Shown piece after piece: positions 21,840 through 28,687 of a stretch of 32,000 nucleotides of DNA. Source of the stretch: Mycobacterium leprae TN (GTDB lineage: Bacteria > Actinomycetota > Actinomycetes > Mycobacteriales > Mycobacteriaceae); contig NC_002677.1 of the NCBI RefSeq assembly GCF_000195855.1, positions 690,001 through 722,000 of the forward strand. The letters are read 5' to 3'. The notes beneath the pieces are model-generated. The model had not been told where the DNA came from. It did not search any database and saw only the letters and a list, made by a program, of their open reading frames with translations. A program made the translations under genes and the position numbers. The stretch's first letter is position 1. Every line of letters starts with the position of its first letter.

Positions 21840-22660
21840 CGCACGACCAGACCTCTTCCATCCCCACATCGTGTTGGCGGGTTCTCGCCAGCAGGTTGCT
21901 GGTGCCGGCGATGATGCCGGGCTCGTTCTGGCTGCTGCGACGCTACGGCCTACACGCCCAGTGGTTGCTCTGGGACGATCCCGAGCTCGGCAGCGAGCGC
22001 GGACCTGGTAGTCTTGCGGGCTATCTACGACTACGCTGAACAGCTCGACGAGTACCTGGCCTGGACCATTGGTGTGCCCAATCTGCTGAATCCATCCATC
22101 GCCGCCACCTGGAATGTCGACCGGCGTTACTTGGCGGATCCGGGGAATCGAGGGGGGTCGACGGTGTCGGCTAAGGTGTTAGCTCCAGGCGATCAGGTCC
22201 GGTGGCCGGGTCCTGGCGCTGTCTTCGTCAGCCCGACCGTCGGCACCGGCACATGGTGTTGCAACGATCGGTCCGCGGTGGCTACCTACGTGGCTGAACT
22301 GAGCCAGGGTGGACCGACCCCGTTCTCGTGCAGACGGCGGGTTGGGCGAAGAAACGGTACCGATCTTCATCAGTGGTGAGGCTGTAGCGCACGTCTACCA
22401 AGCAGGACATGCTGGTTCAGGCCGAGCCCGATTTCGAAATCTGGGATATCGGCGTTGCTAAAGGCTGCGGCAACCGAGGCGGGCATCGACGTCGGCGAGT
22501 GGCTGTATGTGCGCGCCCACTTGGTCGATGGTCGCCGGAAGTCTCGGTTACTGGAATTGCAGCTGGTGGAACCGTCGCTAGACTGGCGATGATTGGACGC
22601 CGGTATCCGCTACCATGCCCAATGCGAATTTGCGCTGGGTGTGGAGTTAGCGTGAGAGCG
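21840..22660 (+). pseudogene. Unassigned decayed coding remnant(s)
   Basis: Protein-like stretches occur on alternating + frames. Examples are 'AIYDYAEQLDEYLAWTIGVPNLLNP...WNVDRRYLADP' (ORF 22014-22379) and 'ALLKAAATEAGIDVGEWLYVRAHLVDGRRKSRLLELQLVEPSLDW*'. There is no continuous frame. I cannot name the family. Confidence 0.25.
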
Positions 22661-22667
22661 ACTCGGG

Positions 22668-23621
22668 TTAGGACCGGGTTCGCATTGAGGCCCATAGCGC
22701 TGCGGTGGCTGCGGTACACGCCGCAGCACCAGCTACATGGACTGCGACCAGGGCGGCAGGCACCCCGGTGAAGTATTGTGTGGTGCCAACAGCGGCTTGC
22801 GCGCAAACCAGAGCGAACAACACGGCGAGCCGCACCAGGATGGCCCGGGTGGCACCGACCGCCAATAGCCCGAAGCCCAGCCCAACCAGCAGTGCTAAGT
22901 AGGCGACCAGCAACGACGAATGCAGGTGCGCCAGGGTGGTGATTTCGACTCTTAGCCGGGGAACCGTGCGGCTGGGACTGCGGTCTCCCGCGTGCGGGCC
23001 AGCAGCCGTCACCAGCGTGCCGGTTACCAGCACCACCGCCAGATTTACTGCGGTTAGGGCTGTCAGTGCGCACAGCGGCCGGATTACCCGCTCATAAGCA
23101 ATTCCACCATCGGGTTCACCGACCTTAACGTAGAGCAACACCGCCAGCCACACCATAATCATCGATGTCAGTAGATGGATGGCGACTGTCCACCACAGCA
23201 GCCCGGTAAGCACGGTGATGCCGCCGATGACCGCCTGCAGCACCGTCGAGATCGGCATTAGCCAAGCGTAGACCCGAACTTCGGTGCGTCGTCGCGCCCG
23301 GGTAACGGTTAAAACGGCCAGCAACGCGGCGATGACCACTGCGATGCTGACTACCCGGTTACCAAATTCGACTGCCTGGTGGATTCGTGGTACCTCGGTG
23401 ACGGCGACCGGGGTGAAGCTGCCCGGAAAACACTGTGGCCAGGTGGGACAGCCTAGCCCGGACGCCGTGACGCGAACGATCGCGCCGGTGACGGTAATAC
23501 CGCCCTGGGTTAGGAGGACGGTCGCGGCAATGATCCGCTGGACACGCAGACCAGGGTCGGGTATTAGGTCGACTAGTCGCAACAGAATTCGTCCGACAAG
23601 CACCGCACGATCGTAAGACAA
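22668..23621 (-). CDS. ctaA: Heme A synthase (COX15/CtaA family)
   Basis: This 317-aa polytopic membrane protein has the CtaA-type cysteine pair 'SGLGCPTWPQC'. Conserved His-bearing helices include 'HQAVEFGNR', 'AIHLLTSM', 'LAHLHSSLL' and 'AVHVAGA'. The start codon is not verified. Confidence 0.82.
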   Translation of the reverse strand: MSYDRAVLVGRILLRLVDLIPDPGLRVQRIIAATVLLTQGGITVTGAIVRVTASGLGCPTWPQCFPGSFTPVAVTEVPRIHQAVEFGNRVVSIAVVIAALLAVLTVTRARRRTEVRVYAWLMPISTVLQAVIGGITVLTGLLWWTVAIHLLTSMIMVWLAVLLYVKVGEPDGGIAYERVIRPLCALTALTAVNLAVVLVTGTLVTAAGPHAGDRSPSRTVPRLRVEITTLAHLHSSLLVAYLALLVGLGFGLLAVGATRAILVRLAVLFALVCAQAAVGTTQYFTGVPAALVAVHVAGAAACTAATAALWASMRTRS

Positions 23622-24233
23622 TGAAAACTACACCCGGTAGTAGGGGATTGGTACAGTCGGGTGCTGTAACTGCAGCCTGGCAGGACCATTCCCGGGGCTG
23701 GTTCAATACGGTTTCGGTGCAACAGGTGGATCCGGCGCGAGTGGGCGTTCGATGGCCACTTCCAGCAAGCGCAGCGCGGTATCGCGACGCCGTGGGTACC
23801 AAGTAGCCCGGTTAGGTGGTTGCTCGCTCGGTAGTGGGCTGGCTGTTAGGCTAGTAAGTGGTGATTGGCAGCCTTGACATTCTATTTTTGGCCGCTAGGC
23901 CTGTCCAGCTCACGCGGACGGCGGGTCAACAAAATGATGTGTTTGTGGTGGTGGCTGCTCTGATCGAGGAGTGCGAGCACTGGGGTTTGTGGGGACCGGC
24001 TGCCAAGGAGACGGTCGTGCAGCCTGCCAGATTGTGCACGTTGAGCGGTGATGGATTCGGCGCTGGTCCGCGGGTGGCGATGCTGCCGGGCACCTGGTAG
24101 TAGGTTTGCTTGGCGTAGTGAGTTAACGGGCTACCCCACCACTTAAGTGGCCAATGACGTGGTCAGACCCAGTCACTGGGTGGCGGGTGATGTTCGGTTC
24201 CGTAGCTGCCGTGTCGTGGTCGTCGTATCGGGA

Positions 24234-25031
24234 TCAGGTGAACCGGAACCAGTGAAGTGCCGCGAGCGCCGCGAGCGTGCCCCATGCCGTCAGGATGATG
24301 ACCCCGAACCAGTCCACCGACAGAGTCATCGCCTGCGACAGCGCCTCTGTCAGTGCACCCGAGGGGGTTAGGCGGGCTGCCCACTTAACCACCGCCGAGA
24401 TCATGTTCATCTTGACAGTTAGCGCGCCAAGTCCGGCGAACACGAACCACATCAGGTTGGCTACTGCGAGGACGATCTCGGCCCGCAAGGTGCCGCCGAG
24501 CAGCAGGCCAAGTGCCGCTAAGCCCGCGGTGCCCAGCGCGATGATCGCCGCACCCAGCGCCAAACAGATCAGCGCCGGCCGCCAACCCAGCATAACGCCA
24601 ATGGCGCCCAAGATGATTGCCTGCAAGAACACAACGGTTACGACTGCCAGGGACTTGCCGGCAATGATACCCCAAACCGGTAGCGGGGTGGCTCCGAATC
24701 TTTTGAGTGCGCCGTAGCGACGATCAAAAGCAACCGCGATGGCTTGCCCGGTGAATGCGCTAGAGACCACTGCCAGCGCCATGATGACCGGTACAAACGT
24801 GGTGGCGCGATGGTGGCCGAAGGAGCCAAGTGGCAGCAGTGTGAGGCCGATCAGCAGGGTGATCGGGATGAACATGGTCAGCAGCAATTGCTCGCCGTTG
24901 CGTAGCAGCAGCTTAAGCTCCAGCATAAACTGTGCGGCCACCATCCGGGTCACGGCGTTGGGTCGGGGATTTGGAGTGAAAGTGCCAGCGGGAAATAGTG
25001 GGCTGTTCCTTAGTGTGTTGTTTTGCGTCAC
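24234..25031 (-). CDS. ABC-2 type exporter permease
   Basis: The ORF is about 265 aa from GTG 25031 and shares 1 nt with the upstream ATPase stop TAG (25033-25031). It has six hydrophobic helices, for example 'LLLTMFIPITLLIGLTLLPLG' and 'GIIAGKSLAVVTVVFLQAIILGAIGVMLGW'. The ORF-track start 25130 would overlap the ATPase gene by 100 nt. Confidence 0.85.
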   Translation of the reverse strand: MTQNNTLRNSPLFPAGTFTPNPRPNAVTRMVAAQFMLELKLLLRNGEQLLLTMFIPITLLIGLTLLPLGSFGHHRATTFVPVIMALAVVSSAFTGQAIAVAFDRRYGALKRFGATPLPVWGIIAGKSLAVVTVVFLQAIILGAIGVMLGWRPALICLALGAAIIALGTAGLAALGLLLGGTLRAEIVLAVANLMWFVFAGLGALTVKMNMISAVVKWAARLTPSGALTEALSQAMTLSVDWFGVIILTAWGTLAALAALHWFRFT

Positions 25032-25978
25032 TACCGCAACTTCCTGCCGGTGAGATCCAGGAACACGTCTTCGAGGCTGTGTTGCTCGACCCGCATATTG
25101 GTGGTCAGCACATTGATTTGTGCGCACCAAGCCGTGACGGTCGCCAGCACCTGGGGGTCGATGGGGCCTGCGACCAAGTACTCGCCCGGAGTGAGCTCCG
25201 TGGTCTTGTAGTCCTCCGGTAGTGCGAACGCCAAGAGTGACAAGTCCAGCCGCGGCGGCGCGCTAAACCGCAGCTGGTCTTTAGCGCCGGTGTGCATCAA
25301 TTCGGTCGGCGTTCCGGCGGCAATCATGCGTCCGTGGTCAATGATGACCAGTCGGTCGGCGAGTTCCTCAGCCTCTTTCAGTTGGTGAGTGGTCAGCACC
25401 ACTGTCACGCCGTCTCGGCGCAGCGTGTCGATCAACTCCCACACCAGCAGCCTGGCGTGCGTATCCATGCCCGCGGTGGGCTCGTCCAGGAATACCAGTT
25501 CGGGACGGCCGACCAACGTGCAGGCCAGGGCAAGCCGTTGCTGCTGGCCGCCGGACAGTCGCCGGTAGGTGGTGCGGGCAACGTCGGTGAGGCCTAAGGT
25601 TTCCAGCAGCCACTCTGGGTCCAGCGGGTCAGCGGCATATGAGGCCACCAGGTTGAGCATTTCTCCTGCGCGTGCTGCTGGGTAACCGCCCCCACCCTGC
25701 AACATTACTCCGATACGGGCGCGCAGACGTGCGTTGTCGGTGATAGGGTCCAGGCCGAGTACCTCAATCGTGCCGGCATCGGGACGTACGAAGCCCTCGC
25801 ACATCTCAACCGTCGTCGTCTTGCCGGCGCCGTTGGGCCCCAGCAGGGCCAGTACCTCGGCGGAATGGATGTCCAGATCGAGGTTCGATACAGCCAATAT
25901 GGACCCGTAGTGCTTGCATACCCCGCGTAGCCGGATGACGACTTCGGGAGTTTCGGGGACTGTGCAGGCCGAGCTCAT
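25031..25978 (-). CDS. ABC transporter ATP-binding protein (DrrA/ABC-2-associated type)
   Basis: Motifs are Walker A 'GPNGAGKTT', the signature 'LSGGQQQRL' and Walker B 'LVFLDEPTAGMD'. ATG 25978 overlaps the mptB stop (ATGA). Confidence 0.93.
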   Translation of the reverse strand: MSSACTVPETPEVVIRLRGVCKHYGSILAVSNLDLDIHSAEVLALLGPNGAGKTTTVEMCEGFVRPDAGTIEVLGLDPITDNARLRARIGVMLQGGGGYPAARAGEMLNLVASYAADPLDPEWLLETLGLTDVARTTYRRLSGGQQQRLALACTLVGRPELVFLDEPTAGMDTHARLLVWELIDTLRRDGVTVVLTTHQLKEAEELADRLVIIDHGRMIAAGTPTELMHTGAKDQLRFSAPPRLDLSLLAFALPEDYKTTELTPGEYLVAGPIDPQVLATVTAWCAQINVLTTNMRVEQHSLEDVFLDLTGRKLR

Positions 25979-27756
25979 GTTAAGTTAGCGTAGGCGGTCG
26001 GCAGCCGGGTCGCAGGAGACGCGGAGTTCTGCGAGGTCTCCGGGTCCGGTGCAACAACCCTCACCAGTTGTTGATCCAGTTCGCTCCTCTTGGCTGGGAC
26101 CATCTGGAGTGGTCGCCATGGCAAGCGGGTGTAGGTTAGTGCAATGAGCACCAACACGATGATGGTGCTGGCCACGGTGGCATCCACAATTTGGAACAGC
26201 GCGAAACGATCACCGTTGGCCGTAGGGCCGAAGACGCCCACGACGATGGTGACGGTGATTGCAGCCACTCGGAAGCCGGTGCGGGTCGCCCAGGCGGCTA
26301 GCGGAATGATGGCCCACAGCAGATACCAGGGTTGCACGACGGGAAACAGCAACACCGTGACGCCCAGCGCGACGCCGAGGCCGCCGATCGGGTGTAGCCG
26401 ACCGCGGAACACAGCTAGCAACAACCAACAGGCCATGACCATGATGATCAGTACGCCGATGCCGCGGGTCAACGACAGCACTGCAGTGGTGTGATCCCCC
26501 AGACCCAGCAGAATACCCACGTGCCCGGTACCGAGAGCTAGTAGCGTCGGCGGTGACATCCAGCTGCGTACTACGTTTGCGGTGCCCAACGTGTAGATCC
26601 AGCCAAACCCGAGTCCACTGGCCCAGCCAACGATGCCCATCACTGCCAGAGACAATCCTGCCATCCACAAGCTGACCATTAGCAGTGCTTGCGGGGTACT
26701 GCCAAGTCGGCAGGCTAGCGCCATCGCGACGAATCCCAGTGCCAGCAGCGACGGCAGCTTCACTTGTGAAGACAGTACGATCAGGATCGAACCGGCCAGC
26801 AACATGCCCAGCGGCTCCCAATTCGAGCCGAACCGGATTGCCTGGCTTGTAAGCGTGCCGCTGTGTTGCCTGCCGGTACCTCCACCGCGCCAGGAGGTGG
26901 GTATCACTCGTGTTGTGGACGAGAAGTCAATGCCACGCAGAGCGAATTCGGCCCCTGTGAGCATAAGCCCTAGCATCGGTGCCTCGTTGTGGATGCCGGC
27001 GACTAGATGCATGATTAGCAGTGGGTTGGCTGCACCTAGCCATAACGCGCTAACCTCGACCACGCCGCAGCGTCGGGCCAGTTGCGGGGTTGCCCACACG
27101 ACCAGGCCGACGCCGATTAACATCATCAACCGGTGGCAGAGTACCGCGGCGACGATGTTGTCTCCGGTCAGTGCTGAGATTCCGCGCCCGATCCACAAAA
27201 ACAGTGGGCCGTAGGGTGCGGGTGTTTCCCGCCATAGGCTGGGTACCGAAAGCGTGAACACCTGGCCTAGTCCCAGTGCGGACGCCGGACCTACCCGGTA
27301 AGGGTCGAGTCCCTGTAGGGAGATCTGGCTTTGCGCGAGGTAGGAGTAGACATCCTTGCTGTACATCGGTGGTGCAATCAATAGCGGCAGCGTCCACAGC
27401 AACAGGGTGCGGTCCAGCTCGCCGCGCGACATCTGTCTCCTGCCCAGCGCGAACCGGCCGAGCATCAACCAGGCCAGCGTCATCATGACCGCCCCGGTTG
27501 TAGTCATCGTCAACGAGACCGTCTGGATTCTTGACGGCAGATTGAGCAGCCGAACCCCGAACGTGGGGTCCTGGATGACGGGCCTGGCCCCTGCTCCGAG
27601 CGCGCCAATCGCCATCAGGATGGTGCCGGTAGCCCCAAACAAGCGGGTGCGCTGTAGTGCGCCACGGTCGGCATCGTTCAGTGGTGAGCCCACTGCCTGC
27701 TCATCACCATGCAAGCTGGCGATGGATGAGCTCAGTGTGTGGTGGCGGGCTGCCAT
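25975..27756 (-). CDS. mptB: GT-C family polyprenol-phosphate-mannose-dependent alpha-(1->6)-mannosyltransferase (MptB-like)
   Basis: This 593-aa polytopic membrane protein has 'YSKDVYSYLAQS' in an early loop, the Asp-containing GT-C/GT87-type motif. From memory, its size and its position next to sufR correspond to M. tuberculosis Rv1459c (MptB). Confidence 0.8.
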   Translation of the reverse strand: MAARHHTLSSSIASLHGDEQAVGSPLNDADRGALQRTRLFGATGTILMAIGALGAGARPVIQDPTFGVRLLNLPSRIQTVSLTMTTTGAVMMTLAWLMLGRFALGRRQMSRGELDRTLLLWTLPLLIAPPMYSKDVYSYLAQSQISLQGLDPYRVGPASALGLGQVFTLSVPSLWRETPAPYGPLFLWIGRGISALTGDNIVAAVLCHRLMMLIGVGLVVWATPQLARRCGVVEVSALWLGAANPLLIMHLVAGIHNEAPMLGLMLTGAEFALRGIDFSSTTRVIPTSWRGGGTGRQHSGTLTSQAIRFGSNWEPLGMLLAGSILIVLSSQVKLPSLLALGFVAMALACRLGSTPQALLMVSLWMAGLSLAVMGIVGWASGLGFGWIYTLGTANVVRSWMSPPTLLALGTGHVGILLGLGDHTTAVLSLTRGIGVLIIMVMACWLLLAVFRGRLHPIGGLGVALGVTVLLFPVVQPWYLLWAIIPLAAWATRTGFRVAAITVTIVVGVFGPTANGDRFALFQIVDATVASTIIVLVLIALTYTRLPWRPLQMVPAKRSELDQQLVRVVAPDPETSQNSASPATRLPTAYANLT

Positions 27757-27871
27757 CAGAGGAGCGTAGCCCTAACGACGAGGCGAGTCCCGGAACGCGA
27801 GCCGTTGCGGGACGGGGTTATCAGGCTTAGCAGCATGCCAGCCGGCGCTGGGGCAAGGTTCAGGATGTGAT

Positions 27872-28636
27872 GTGCTCAACGTTCACCGAGGGTACCCTTC
27901 CCTAGACCGATCGCCAGAATTGCGTCACACTGGTGTTGTGAAAATCCGGTCGGAGCTGGATGCTGCTACGACAGTCGCAGTGTCGGATGGTCACACTCGC
28001 CGCGCGGTGGTGCGCTTGTTGCTGGAGTCCGGGTCGATCACCGCCGGTGAAATCAGCGACCGTCTGGGTCTGTCGGCCGCAGGCGTGCGACGTCATCTCG
28101 ATGTGCTCATCGAGATGGGCGACGCTGAGTCCGCGACTGCGGCGCCCTGGCAGCAGGTTGGCCGCGGCCGCCCCGCCAAGCACTATCGGCTGACCGCGGT
28201 GGGCCGGGCCAAGCTCGGTCATGCTTACGACACCTTGGCGTCGGCTGCTATGCGACAACTGCGGGAAATCGGCGGGGAGGACGCTGTTCGCACGTTCGCT
28301 CGACAACGTATCGACGCGATCTTGGCCGATGTTGAGCCAGCCGGTGGCGGAGCCGACGTTGAGGCAGCCGCCAACCGGGTTGCCAGTGCGCTGAGTGACG
28401 CCGGTTACGTCGCAACCACCGCGCGGGTGGGCGGACCGATCCACGGAGTGGAGATCTGCCAGCATCATTGTCCAGTGTCCCATGTCGCCGAGGAATTCCC
28501 CGAGTTGTGTGAAACCGAGCAGCAGGCCATTGCCGAGGTGCTCGGAACCCACGTGCAGCGGTTGGCGATGATCGTCAACGGAGATTGTGCCTGTACTACC
28601 CACGTGCCACTCATGTCGGTACCAAGCAAGACCTAG
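27872..28636 (+). CDS. sufR: Fe-S cluster-sensing transcriptional repressor SufR (winged-helix)
   Basis: The HTH is 'ITAGEISDRLGLSAAGVRRHLDVL'. The C-terminal Cys ligand set is 'CQHHCPVSHVAEEFPELC' and 'GDCAC'. It sits directly upstream of sufB. The start is ambiguous: GTG 27872 (longest), GTG 27938 (inside the inverted repeat) or GTG 27980 ('VSDGHTRRAV...'). Confidence 0.85.
   Translation: MLNVHRGYPSLDRSPELRHTGVVKIRSELDAATTVAVSDGHTRRAVVRLLLESGSITAGEISDRLGLSAAGVRRHLDVLIEMGDAESATAAPWQQVGRGRPAKHYRLTAVGRAKLGHAYDTLASAAMRQLREIGGEDAVRTFARQRIDAILADVEPAGGGADVEAAANRVASALSDAGYVATTARVGGPIHGVEICQHHCPVSHVAEEFPELCETEQQAIAEVLGTHVQRLAMIVNGDCACTTHVPLMSVPSKT
27925..27941. promoter_or_regulatory. Inverted repeat TCACA-N7-TGTGA (contains ACACT-N5-TGTGA); candidate SufR operator
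   Basis: The sequence 'tcacactggtgttgtga' is seen directly. It lies at the 5' end of sufR. As I recall it, it matches the ACACT-N5-TGTGA operator reported for M. tuberculosis SufR. The literature match is from memory only. Confidence 0.4.
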
Positions 28637-28687
28637 CAGTGCGGCACTCAGGCCGCGCCACACAACGAGCACCAAAGGAGCGCTCAG

